Source of the DNA: Candidatus Latescibacterota bacterium
GTDB lineage: Bacteria > Latescibacterota > UBA2968 > GCA-2709665
Length of the DNA: 64,000 nt
Direction of reading: 5' to 3'
Assembly: GCA_963662665.2 (NCBI GenBank)
Contig: CAXXJS010000025.1
Location: 84,845-148,844 of the forward strand
In this document: in pieces, positions 45,101-54,346 of the stretch
Position numbering within the stretch: position 1 is the stretch's first letter
How the letters are laid out: each line of letters starts with the position of its first letter
The notes under the pieces: model-generated
What the model was told of the DNA's origin: nothing
Seen by the model: the letters and a program-made list of their open reading frames with translations, nothing else
Database searches by the model: none
Made by a program: the position numbers and the translations under genes

Positions 45101-45820
45101 TCAGTCCACGTAACCATCGGATCCCGCGTCATTTTGAGCGACGGCGCTCGCGTCCTGGATCCTGGCCTTCCTCACCACGGACCGCATGGAACGGTACATC
45201 GCGTAGACCGATATCAGGGCCCAGACGAGGGCAATCGGATAGGCAAGAAGCGGCGCACCCCAATGACGGGCGAGGATGCCGGCATCAGTGCGTTCGGTGT
45301 ACATCCAGAGATCTGTGCGGAAGTCGTAGAGGCTGTAAAGACAAAGCATCACGCCGAGCCAGGTGGCCACCCAACGGGCAACGCCTGGCAGCAGGATGGC
45401 CGGCACGAGAAGAAGGAGGCCGCTCGCGATTCCGAACAGGAAATCGAGACTGCCTAACGGGGTGTAGAGTACCGTCATCCCGATGGCGAGACCGCCGATT
45501 CCGGCAAGCAGTATGCGCTGCAGAAGCGGCCAGGAACTGACATAGATGAAAAAGGCGCCCAGGAAAGCGGAACCGACGTAGCCGGCGGAGGCGATGATCG
45601 GGAATATCCCGCCCCGGCTCTTCGCGTGGCCGGATTCGTCCCAGTTGACCCGGATTTCTATGACGTCGCCCCCGGTAGCAAGAGTGGCGCCCGCGTGGCA
45701 CATTTCGTGTACCAGGACAACGAAGACCCTGAAGGGCTTGATGAAGTGCGTGTCCCAGAACACCAGAACGACGATGGCGCAGACGATCGCGGGCCAGAAA
45801 CGTTTGAGGGCTGCCAGCAT
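45101..45820 (-). CDS. M50B-like integral-membrane metallopeptidase
   Basis: HEMCH (HExxH) lies inside the first hydrophobic region, with about six TM segments. There is a 2-nt gap from the upstream gene. Confidence 0.6.
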   Translation of the reverse strand: MLAALKRFWPAIVCAIVVLVFWDTHFIKPFRVFVVLVHEMCHAGATLATGGDVIEIRVNWDESGHAKSRGGIFPIIASAGYVGSAFLGAFFIYVSSWPLLQRILLAGIGGLAIGMTVLYTPLGSLDFLFGIASGLLLLVPAILLPGVARWVATWLGVMLCLYSLYDFRTDLWMYTERTDAGILARHWGAPLLAYPIALVWALISVYAMYRSMRSVVRKARIQDASAVAQNDAGSDGYVD

Positions 45821-45822
45821 AT

Positions 45823-46545
45823 CTATTCCCGGTACCTGTTTGCAATTCTGAGGTCGGTTCTTCCCGACGCCACGTGGATGAACTTGACAAGCAGGGAGAC
45901 TCTGTTTGCTTCATTAAGTACGTTCCAGTAGAAGTCACCCGTCATGTCAATCCTGTCATGCAATTCAACGGCGTACGGTTCGCCTGAAAACGCGGGCGGC
46001 GGGTCTCCGTCGTCCCGGTACGTGGTAATGCAGTGGCCGATTCCCGGTATCGCCTTTTCATAGCTGAAGTAATTTCTGGCAGCGATTTCGCCGCTTCGGC
46101 CGACAGATTTGAGTATCGCGAGCTTGTAGGCAACACACGGATCCTCCAGGTCGACCATACCGGCGATCCTGGGGGTGAAGATGGGCGGATCGGGCTCGAA
46201 GGTCCGGGTATTCAGGGCGGACTCGAACGTGCCGCCGCCCAGTATCGCGTCAAAGATGGTGTCTGTCTGATCGCCGTTGGTAACAAAGTGACAGCCATTC
46301 AGGACTCTGATCGGACGGTAGACGACCAGGGAAGGATTCTCCAGCGCGGATTCGTCGAAAGCCCGGGTCCTGACGGTGTCGCCGTCGGCAACGAAGACAC
46401 GGTTGCGGCTCCCCGCGCTGCGTCCCATGATCCAATAGACCTGGACAAAGTGTCGGGCGTCGGGCGTCTGCCCGATAACGATCCCGCGTCCCGGATATCT
46501 GGAGTTCCCGAGCGCGTCCAGGTTGGTCTCAACGGCCGTCCCCAC
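45823..46545 (-). CDS. IMP cyclohydrolase-like (PurO family) protein
   Basis: GTG start with AAGGAG SD. YPGRGIVIGQTPDARHFVQVYWIMGRSAGSRNR parallels the PurO N-terminus (Y.GR..VvGkt..g....aYrvsSRSfpNR) as I recall it. Confidence 0.45.
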   Translation of the reverse strand: MGTAVETNLDALGNSRYPGRGIVIGQTPDARHFVQVYWIMGRSAGSRNRVFVADGDTVRTRAFDESALENPSLVVYRPIRVLNGCHFVTNGDQTDTIFDAILGGGTFESALNTRTFEPDPPIFTPRIAGMVDLEDPCVAYKLAILKSVGRSGEIAARNYFSYEKAIPGIGHCITTYRDDGDPPPAFSGEPYAVELHDRIDMTGDFYWNVLNEANRVSLLVKFIHVASGRTDLRIANRYRE

Positions 46546-46558
46546 TTAGCGTGTCTCC

Positions 46559-47470
46559 TTAATACGTCCCCGGATCCGATTGTTCGACCATGTCGTCGTA
46601 CACCGCCCTCGAAAGCGCGGCAAGGCTGAGGTCGAAGACCAGTCGGTCGGGGCACGTGACATCTTTGGCCATGATGGCAACGGCGTATGGACCGGTCGGC
46701 GAAAAGACGATGCCCACGTCGGCGCGCACGCCGTGGTAGAAACCCGTCTTGTGCGCAACGTCTGTCCCAACGGGCAGCGCATGGGGAATCACGGTCCTGA
46801 GTTGCTGGCGCTTCAGGATGTCCAGGGCGCCGTTCCGGGATGCGTTCGATAGAAGATCGCCGGAATACAGCAATTCAAGCAGTTTGCACATATCGCCGGG
46901 TGAGGAAACGTCGGACCGGTCGATGTCGTAGCCCGCGCCGTCGAGTACGTATTCCTGGTTGAAGAGCCGGCTGGCGCATGTCTCGCAGGTATGATCCGGA
47001 TTCCCGGGGTCCAGACCGACGACGCTGAAGAGCAGTTCCCTGACCGTCATCGGAATACGAGTGCGCGACAGACCGAGTTCCCGCATCGTGTTGTTGAGGT
47101 TGTCGCCGCCGACCAGATCATAGAGAATATCCGTTGCGGTATTGTCGCTGATGATCATCATTGACATCGCCAGATCGTGCAGGGTGGGCTTGAGGCCCTG
47201 AACCATTTCCTTGAAGATGCCCGAGCCGGGCACGCGAAGGTCGTCGGTGAGTTCGACGCGCCGGTCCAGATCGATTTCGCCCCGGTCCACCTGGCGGTAC
47301 AGTTCGACGAGTACCGGAACCTTCAGCGTGCTGGCGGTGAAGAACACGTCCTCGGCATTGTGTTGTATCTCCCGGCCGGTTTCCAGGTGTCTTGCCGACA
47401 GGCCTACGGTTCCTTCGATTCCGGATATCGCTGTCTGTATGGTTGTCATTTCGTAATATCCGATATGCAT
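46559..47470 (-). CDS. class A beta-lactamase-like serine hydrolase, no signal peptide
   Basis: SxxK (FFTASTLKVPV), SDN (IISDNTATD) and KTG (AHKTGFY) motifs appear in canonical order and spacing. The N-terminus MHIGYYEMTTIQTAISG is not a secretion signal. Confidence 0.7.
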   Translation of the reverse strand: MHIGYYEMTTIQTAISGIEGTVGLSARHLETGREIQHNAEDVFFTASTLKVPVLVELYRQVDRGEIDLDRRVELTDDLRVPGSGIFKEMVQGLKPTLHDLAMSMMIISDNTATDILYDLVGGDNLNNTMRELGLSRTRIPMTVRELLFSVVGLDPGNPDHTCETCASRLFNQEYVLDGAGYDIDRSDVSSPGDMCKLLELLYSGDLLSNASRNGALDILKRQQLRTVIPHALPVGTDVAHKTGFYHGVRADVGIVFSPTGPYAVAIMAKDVTCPDRLVFDLSLAALSRAVYDDMVEQSDPGTY

Positions 47471-47587
47471 TCACAACACGCGAGCAAACAGTCCGCGCTA
47501 CGGTCGGACACTCTTCTATTGCTCGTACGGTAGACACGTATGCATTCACAGCACGCGAACTAACAGTTCGCGCTACGGACACCGGTT
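47464..47587. repeat. two ~47-bp direct repeats with a 75-bp period between nadE and the beta-lactamase-like gene
   Basis: Copy 1 is TATGCATTCACAACACGCGAGCAAACAGTCCGCGCTACGGTCGGACAC (47464-). Copy 2 is TATGCATTCACAGCACGCGAACTAACAGTTCGCGCTACGGACAC (47539-). Copy 2 holds a perfect 7-bp hairpin, CGCGAAC-TAACA-GTTCGCG. Confidence 0.8.
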
Positions 47588-49501
47588 TCAGGCTATCTCC
47601 ATCGAGAGCGCCAGCTCTTTCAACTCCCCGTATCGGCGGGTCTCATACGCCGGCAACTGGCTTTCGCGCAGGTCGAACCCGAACGCGCGTTTGCTGAGCA
47701 CAATGATCGGCGGCGCCTGGACGCGCTTGAAATAGTTGACCCGCACCTGTTGCGCGACCCACTCCAGATCCTCAATCCAACTGTTCACGTCCGGGAAATA
47801 AGCCCGGAACTGCTCACGGTCATTCCACCCGATCTCTTCGAGTAGAATTCCGTTCACGAACCAATGCAGAAAATCGACCGGGTCTTTCCGATATTCGATG
47901 ATCTGGCGAAGTAAGGCATCGTGGTAACCATATTTGATGGGGTCGCCAAGGCCCCGGGTGACGTCCTGGGCTTCAGACAATTCCGCGCTGGGCACCGTCT
48001 CCCCGCTGATCAGGTTATCCGGAATGACCTCCATGCCGAACACGTGCGTGTTCAGGAACCGCGCCAGTTGCAGGACCTGGACCTTGCACAGGTCTGCAAT
48101 AGGGGCCACGGCGCCGTTCACGTCCCCGTAAAGCGTCGCATAGCCCAGCGCCGTCTCGGTCTTGTTGCCATTGTTTGAAAAAACCAGCCCGAATTTGGCG
48201 GCCAGTCCGGCCAGGATATCCGCGCCCCGGATGCGCGCCTGGAGGTTTTCGTCGACGAGCCGGGTATAGTCGCCCGGCGTACTGGAAAAGCTCACGCCTT
48301 TGATCTTTTCGGACAGGTACTCGTAAAGGTCCTGGATCGGACAACTCAGGTAGTCCACCTCAAGGGTCCGGCAGACCTGCCTCGCGTTTTCCTGCGTGAT
48401 GGACGCATTGAACCGCGTGGGCATATTTACCGCGAACACCCGCTCCGGCCCGAAGGCCTGCACGAGCAGGGATACCACCACGCTCGAGTCGACTCCTCCG
48501 CTGACGCCTACCAGAAACCGGTTCTCTCTTTCGCGGATATCGTCCAGGTGCCGCAGGCCGGTCAGGATGGCGTCGTAGACCGCAGCGACCTCGTCCTGGG
48601 ACGACGCGGGCGGGCCTCCGCCCCGGCTCAGAACCATCGCCTCCCGCCACGGCTGCGCACGGCGCAGAATTTCTCCCTTGGGCGAATAGACCGTCGTATC
48701 GCCGTCGAAGACGATGATATTCTTGCCGTTGTTCTGCGCACCTACCTGGTTGACGTAATAGACGGGTATAGGAGAGCGCCGCAGAATCTCTCTGACGACC
48801 CGGTTTCGCTTCACGTCCTTTTGCCACGTCCACGGGGACGAGGACAGATTAAACAGCGCCTGCGCCCCGCGGTCGTGGAAAACGCTCAGTGTATCCAGGA
48901 TTTCTTTACCGTATCCGTAGTCCTCGCACCAGATATCCTCGCAGAGTTGCACGCCGAACCGGAATGACCGGCCATCGCGGAGGCGAACCTCGAAGGGCTC
49001 GATCCAGTCGTAAACCGTCCTCCCGCGGGCATCGGCGAGTTTCCGGAGGGAGTAGAAATGGCGGTCGTCGTCGAAGAAACGGTAGTTCGGATGCAGCGTC
49101 TTGGGCTGCACGCCCGCGGGAAGTCCTGAAGGGACCTGGTTGCGCGTTACATACTTGCCGTTGGCGCAGACGTAGACGGCATTGTACTTGCGTTTCCGGC
49201 CGTCCTCCCCGATGGTCGCGCGATCCACCGCCACGTTTCCGAAGAGTACGGTAACGTCCTGACTGGCCTCGCGGATCGTTTCGCTGTATGCCGCGAAATC
49301 CTCGACGAGCGCGTCCACCTCCCACAGGTCACCCAGGATGTAGCCGGTTACGCAGAGTTCCGAAAAAACGACCAGTTCCGCGCCGGCCGCCCTGCCGTTG
49401 TCGATGTAACGCAGCATCGTCTCTACGTTCAGGTCCGGCCGCGCCGGCTTCACGTCCATCTGGATCAGGGCGATTTCGGGCAACGCGTCAACGCCAGTCA
49501 T
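47588..49501 (-). CDS. nadE: glutamine-dependent NAD+ synthetase
   Basis: N-terminal CN-hydrolase domain (VVFSELCVTGY; C in VQLCEDIW) plus a C-terminal NAD synthase domain with PP-loop GVSGGVDSSVV, in a 637-aa protein. Confidence 0.85.
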   Translation of the reverse strand: MTGVDALPEIALIQMDVKPARPDLNVETMLRYIDNGRAAGAELVVFSELCVTGYILGDLWEVDALVEDFAAYSETIREASQDVTVLFGNVAVDRATIGEDGRKRKYNAVYVCANGKYVTRNQVPSGLPAGVQPKTLHPNYRFFDDDRHFYSLRKLADARGRTVYDWIEPFEVRLRDGRSFRFGVQLCEDIWCEDYGYGKEILDTLSVFHDRGAQALFNLSSSPWTWQKDVKRNRVVREILRRSPIPVYYVNQVGAQNNGKNIIVFDGDTTVYSPKGEILRRAQPWREAMVLSRGGGPPASSQDEVAAVYDAILTGLRHLDDIRERENRFLVGVSGGVDSSVVVSLLVQAFGPERVFAVNMPTRFNASITQENARQVCRTLEVDYLSCPIQDLYEYLSEKIKGVSFSSTPGDYTRLVDENLQARIRGADILAGLAAKFGLVFSNNGNKTETALGYATLYGDVNGAVAPIADLCKVQVLQLARFLNTHVFGMEVIPDNLISGETVPSAELSEAQDVTRGLGDPIKYGYHDALLRQIIEYRKDPVDFLHWFVNGILLEEIGWNDREQFRAYFPDVNSWIEDLEWVAQQVRVNYFKRVQAPPIIVLSKRAFGFDLRESQLPAYETRRYGELKELALSMEIA

Positions 49502-49543
49502 ATATGCCGATCCAAAGATGAAGGATTGGTTGGTGACGCAGGC

Positions 49544-50851
49544 CTACGAGACGCCGAGGGACCGGCTCACGGCGTCGTGTATCCGGTCTTCCGTGGCAGC
49601 CGCGTAGGGTCCCGTTCGCTTCCAGTATTGCTGGCTGGACCAGACTTCGTAGCCGCCTTCCGGAATCTGGCGCCTGACGGGGACGTAGCCCACGATGTCG
49701 TTGGTGTACCCTAGGACCATTACGTTGTCAACGCGCGGACCCAGTTCCCGTTTCAGCCGCAGGCCGTGCTCCACGGTCATTTCCCCCGCGAGCGTCACCA
49801 GCGCCAGGGTGTTACCGAAACCCACGGTCTGAATTTCAAACGGGATGCTGGTTGCTACAGGTGTGTTGTTTTCGACGCTTTCCAACAGATGCCGGGCCCA
49901 GGCCTGAATAAATGCCCGGTTGTCCTTCAGACCCACTCTTACGAGGTCCATGTCAATCGGTTCGGTATCCAGGTTGAGGATGGTCCGGCTTACCGAAATC
50001 GGACCGGTAACCGGCTCGAGGGCGCCCGATGCGAGGGTTCGGACCACGGATTCTCCCAGTTCGACGCCGATGTCGCGGATTTCATCGACACTCCTGGGTA
50101 CGAATGTATCCGACGCGGGGTCGACGGGTCTTGTTTTCTGGTCTCCTGCGCAGCCCTGGAGGAAAAACGCCGTGGCGCCCGGAACCATGGCTTCCACGTG
50201 GTCACAGGCGAAGCAGACGTAGTCGCCGCCGATAAGCGTGCCGCTCCGGCTCGTGGGGTGACACGCGTAGCTGAAAACAACGCTTCGCAGTTCGCCATCC
50301 GGAGATTCCACGACCAGGACTGGCACCTCGTGATCGTGGGGTGCTTCAGGATCGGGTTTCCACTCAACGCCGCCCTTCCCGTCGGGCTTTCGCCGGGAAA
50401 CGGCAATGTCACATCGTCCTGTACCGAAACGAAGCCGGGCGGGCGCCCGGGTTTCCCACGCGTTCTTCGCGCTTCGGACGACCCTGTCGAAGAGATCTTC
50501 GATGTAGTCCTCGTCCAGGCGGCCGTGACGCTGGCGGTCCATTTCACGGATACAGGGACCGCAGTGGGTGTGGGATCCACTGAGGATGATACTTGCCGGC
50601 GCGAGTCCCGTCGCCTCCGAGATGCGGGACCGGACCTGTTCGGTGTGTTCGTAGAAACCCAGGATCTCAGCGCTGGCGATGATTAGAGGATCGCTGCCGT
50701 CGTCTATTGCGATGGCGTTGGCTTTCAAGGGATGATAGACGGCAGTGGAGGGTTCGGTGCGTGCGGCGAACCCGGCCAGATAGATGCCCACCGGAGGCGT
50801 GATGTCTTCGCCGGCCACGCCGATCCGGTAGGTATCGTCGGATATGGTCAT
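49544..50851 (-). CDS. neutral/alkaline ceramidase-like N-terminal domain protein (function uncertain)
   Basis: YRIGVAGEDITPPVGIYLAGFA, LKANAIAIDDG, SGSHTHCGP and YACHPT resemble the family pattern. ACGGAG SD. Confidence 0.45.
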   Translation of the reverse strand: MTISDDTYRIGVAGEDITPPVGIYLAGFAARTEPSTAVYHPLKANAIAIDDGSDPLIIASAEILGFYEHTEQVRSRISEATGLAPASIILSGSHTHCGPCIREMDRQRHGRLDEDYIEDLFDRVVRSAKNAWETRAPARLRFGTGRCDIAVSRRKPDGKGGVEWKPDPEAPHDHEVPVLVVESPDGELRSVVFSYACHPTSRSGTLIGGDYVCFACDHVEAMVPGATAFFLQGCAGDQKTRPVDPASDTFVPRSVDEIRDIGVELGESVVRTLASGALEPVTGPISVSRTILNLDTEPIDMDLVRVGLKDNRAFIQAWARHLLESVENNTPVATSIPFEIQTVGFGNTLALVTLAGEMTVEHGLRLKRELGPRVDNVMVLGYTNDIVGYVPVRRQIPEGGYEVWSSQQYWKRTGPYAAATEDRIHDAVSRSLGVS

Positions 50852-50867
50852 GTGGCATGCTCCGTGA

Positions 50868-51869
50868 TTACAGATGTATCGCGCGTTCTGTCCGCGCGGA
50901 CTCTACGATGGCCAGACCCACGTGCAGGGCATTGCGAGCATCCTGCAATGTGCCGTGCGCGGGATCCCGATGGCCGATGACGCAGTCCGCGAAGTGGGCG
51001 AGTTCCTGCTCCAGCGCCCCCACGATTCTTCCGTGGAGTTCCGGCGAAAGATAGAGGTCCGGGCTGGACGTCGCGTCACCGGTCCAGATCCAGGCGCCGT
51101 CGTTGGGTTCGGCAATGTGGGCCGTCCCGTCCGTGCCCACCACTTCCAGACCGGCGTTGGACCAGTAGAGCCGTTGGTCGGGCACGAAAAAACTTTGTTC
51201 GATAACCCCCACCAGACCGCTTTCGAACGTGAGCATGGCCCACCACGTGTCCGGACGGTCCGGTTCCGCCATGCTTCGGTTCCTGGCATAGACTTCCCGG
51301 ACTTCCTCGCCGGCCATCCACAGCAACTGGTCGATCGTGTGAATACCGGGTTGCAGAACGAGGGGCCAGGGCTTGAAACGTGGTGCGTCCAGGATGCCGC
51401 GCCAGATGTTCCGGCGGCCGTAGATGGAAACGAGTTCTCCCAACTCGCCCGCATCGATCTTCTGTTTGATGTTCGCCCGCCGCACGTCGAAGCGCTCGAG
51501 GAAACCCACCATGAACACGGCGCCGTTTCTTTCCGTCTCCTCGATAAGCCGGTCGTTCTCATCCGGACTGTCGGTCAGCAGGATTTCACTGAAGACGTGT
51601 TTGCCCAATTGAAGCGCGGCAAGCGCGACCTCGGTGTGCCGGTCCACTTCGGTGACGATGTCAATAGCCTCAACGTCGGGATCCCGTATCAGGTCGCGAT
51701 AGTCCGTATAGTGCCTGGGCACGTTGTACGTGGAGGCGATGCTGCCGGAGCGTTCGGCGGAACGTGAGCAGACCGCCGTGAGTTCAACCTGCGGCAACTG
51801 AGCGAGGACGCGGGCGTGCTGCACGCCGAAACGTCCCAGACCGATGACACCGATTCCGGCGCGGTTCAT
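50868..51869 (-). CDS. Gfo/Idh/MocA family oxidoreductase
   Basis: GIGVIGLGRFGVQHARVL Rossmann start and the later HVFSEIL (EKP-position variant) are present. There is an ATGA overlap with the upstream gene. Confidence 0.75.
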   Translation of the reverse strand: MNRAGIGVIGLGRFGVQHARVLAQLPQVELTAVCSRSAERSGSIASTYNVPRHYTDYRDLIRDPDVEAIDIVTEVDRHTEVALAALQLGKHVFSEILLTDSPDENDRLIEETERNGAVFMVGFLERFDVRRANIKQKIDAGELGELVSIYGRRNIWRGILDAPRFKPWPLVLQPGIHTIDQLLWMAGEEVREVYARNRSMAEPDRPDTWWAMLTFESGLVGVIEQSFFVPDQRLYWSNAGLEVVGTDGTAHIAEPNDGAWIWTGDATSSPDLYLSPELHGRIVGALEQELAHFADCVIGHRDPAHGTLQDARNALHVGLAIVESARTERAIHL

Positions 51870-52867
51870 TTCTCAACCAGGTTGACCACAACCCTGCCCG
51901 TCTGTTTGCCCTGCAGGATGCGTTGTATTTCGGGTTCGAGGGTTTCAAGCGTGCGTTCCGTTACCAGGGCGTCCGTCGCATCGATCTTCCAGGGGCCCGC
52001 GATTTTCTCCCAGATGTACGTCCGTTCCGGCATGGGGCATTCCGCGGAGTCGATCCCCTGCAGGCTGACGCCTCTCAGGATAAACGGGTACACGCTTATA
52101 TTCAGGTCCGCCGAAGCAACAAGGCCACAGCACGTGACGATGCCCCGGCTCCGCGTGGACTTGAGGGCGGTTGCCAGGATATTGCCTCCTGCGGTATCTA
52201 CAACGCCGGCCCAGCGTTCCGCCAACAGCGGGCGTCCGCCGCCGGCGTCGACCTCGTTGCGATGCACGACCGCGTTCGCGCCGAGGTCGAGCAGGAACCG
52301 CTCCCGATCCGGCTTGCCGGTGGCCGCGACCACCGTATACCCCAGCCGGGCGAGGATGGCAACGGCCAGGCTGCCGACACCCCCTGTGGCGCCTGTGACG
52401 AGAATCTCGCCGCTTCCTGGTGCAACGCCGTGGCGTTCCAGCCTGTGCAGCGACATGGCGGCGGTGAATCCGGCGGTGCCGTAGACCATGGACTCGCGCA
52501 GCGTCAGGCAGTCGGGCAGGGGAACGACCCACCCGGCGGGCACGCGGATGTATTGGCCGTATCCACCAGGCGTGTTCGCACCGAGATCGTAGCTTGTGCA
52601 GATGACTTCATCGCCCGGTATGAAGCGTTCTTCATTGCTTTCCTCAACGACGCCCGCCGCGTCTATGCCCGGCGTATGCGGATAGCGCCGGGTGACGCCG
52701 GGGTGTCCCGTGGCCGACAGCGCGTCCTTGTAGTTCAACGAGGAGTAGTGTACCCGGATCAGAACGTCGCCTTTGGGAAGTTCATCGACGGATCGATGCT
52801 CGACCCTGCGTGCGTAGCCGTCATTCTCCTTGCTTGCGAGCAGGCATTTGAAGTCAGCGGCGGACAT
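51866..52867 (-). CDS. YhdH/YhfP(AcuI)-type MDR quinone oxidoreductase / acrylyl-CoA reductase-like
   Basis: VLIRVHYSSLNYKDALSATGHPGVTRRYPHTPGIDAAGVV and ILVTGATGGVGSLAV are characteristic of the YhdH subgroup. Confidence 0.7.
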   Translation of the reverse strand: MSAADFKCLLASKENDGYARRVEHRSVDELPKGDVLIRVHYSSLNYKDALSATGHPGVTRRYPHTPGIDAAGVVEESNEERFIPGDEVICTSYDLGANTPGGYGQYIRVPAGWVVPLPDCLTLRESMVYGTAGFTAAMSLHRLERHGVAPGSGEILVTGATGGVGSLAVAILARLGYTVVAATGKPDRERFLLDLGANAVVHRNEVDAGGGRPLLAERWAGVVDTAGGNILATALKSTRSRGIVTCCGLVASADLNISVYPFILRGVSLQGIDSAECPMPERTYIWEKIAGPWKIDATDALVTERTLETLEPEIQRILQGKQTGRVVVNLVEK

Positions 52868-52928
52868 CGAAATATCCGTATCCTTTCACGCAGGAAGCGG
52901 GTTCAGGACGACGCGGGGCGCCGGTTCT

Positions 52929-54068
52929 TCAGGATGGAAACCGCGTGATACGATAAGCGTCCAGTTCAATCGGAAGGTCCCTGCCCAGGATGAGATCGGC
53001 GACGAGTTTGCCGCTGTACGGTCCAAGTTGGAGGCCGGTCGGTCCGTGTCCCGTTGCCAGATAGACGTTTCCAATGCCGGGAACGGAGCCGAGCACGGGC
53101 AACAGGTCCAGCGTATACGGGCGGAGGCCCACTCGAATGTCGCGGATTTCCGCCGCGGCCAGGCCGGGCGCTACCCTCAGCGCCTCGTCAAGTACTTCCC
53201 GGACACCCGCGACCGTAGTACGGGCGTCGAAACCGGATCCGGTTTCCCGCGTGGCGCCAACCACCACCCGGTTGTCCGGCCAGGGCACCATATAGTGGCC
53301 GCGAATGGCGCTGATGATGGGCCATGACGACGTATCGGTCGTGTCCGGAAGACCCAGGTGGATGATTTGGCCGCGCTGCGGTTCGACCGGGATTTGAACC
53401 CCCAGTTGTAGTCCGAACGCGTGCGACCACGCGCCGCCCGCGATGACCACGCCTGCCGCCGATAAATTCCCCGTAGCCGTGACAACTCCGGTAACCGTAT
53501 CGTTATCCATCAGCAAGCCATCAACGCCCGTATCCTGGACGATAAGGCCCCTCGCCACCGAGGCCTGGCGCAGGGCGGCGGCAAGGTGGCGACCGTCGAC
53601 ACGGGCGGCTTCGCGGTAGTAGATGGCCCCCCGTACGTCGGCCAGGGCAGGAAACCGGTTGCGGGCTTCTTCGGACGATATTTCGTAAAGGTCCTCCGCG
53701 GAGGGCCTGCCCTGCCGGCTCCGGCGGTTGAAAATGTGGCGGCGGGCAATGTCGAACGGTTCCATTTCGTCTTCGGAAACGGCGACGATCATCATGCCGC
53801 AGACGGCGAATCCGGTTTCTCCTTCCTGTTCCGACTCCAGGCTCTCGATGAGGCCGGGATAGTAACCAACCGCATGAGCGGCCAGACGCTGCCAGGGGTC
53901 CGGGTCTCGCGTATTGGTGGCCGGTGACAGAATGCCCGCCCCGGCGTCCGTGGCGCGACCCGAGTCCCTGCGGTCCACAAGCAGGGTTCGCACGCCTGCA
54001 CAGACGAGATGGTAGGCGGTGGACGTCCCCACGATTCCCCCGCCGATGACAATGGCGTCATAGCTCAT
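52929..54068 (-). CDS. FAD-dependent oxidoreductase (DAO family)
   Basis: YDAIVIGGGIVGTSTAYHL dinucleotide-binding motif and the C-terminal ATGHGPTGLQLGP motif are present. Confidence 0.8.
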   Translation of the reverse strand: MSYDAIVIGGGIVGTSTAYHLVCAGVRTLLVDRRDSGRATDAGAGILSPATNTRDPDPWQRLAAHAVGYYPGLIESLESEQEGETGFAVCGMMIVAVSEDEMEPFDIARRHIFNRRSRQGRPSAEDLYEISSEEARNRFPALADVRGAIYYREAARVDGRHLAAALRQASVARGLIVQDTGVDGLLMDNDTVTGVVTATGNLSAAGVVIAGGAWSHAFGLQLGVQIPVEPQRGQIIHLGLPDTTDTSSWPIISAIRGHYMVPWPDNRVVVGATRETGSGFDARTTVAGVREVLDEALRVAPGLAAAEIRDIRVGLRPYTLDLLPVLGSVPGIGNVYLATGHGPTGLQLGPYSGKLVADLILGRDLPIELDAYRITRFPS

Positions 54069-54183
54069 CTAGTACCCTGTGCCTGGTCGACGCCCCTGAC
54101 TTCCGCCCCAAGGGCGCCGGATATGGGTTTGACCTGGGTCTGGCGCAAACTCATGTGCTCATTCCTGCCGTTGGGTTCGGCTA

Positions 54184-54346
54184 GTGTCCTGTCCCAAAAA
54201 ATACCTCACCATTCTTCCGCCGATTCATCCCGTCTCGCTACGTTCCCTTCGCTCGCCGACCTGCCCAGGTCGCCTGCGCTCAGGTGCCTTGCGAGCCGGG
54301 CGACTCGACGGCCGAATTTAGGCAACTTATTTCTGGGACAGAACAC
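54184..54346. mobile_element. 163-bp MITE derived from the adjacent IS630-family element
   Basis: Its ends are GTGTCCTGTCCCA... and ...GCAACTTATTTCTGGGACAGAACAC. The last 25 bp are identical to the IS right end. It is flanked by TA (54182-83, 54347-48) and has no ORF. Confidence 0.75.
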
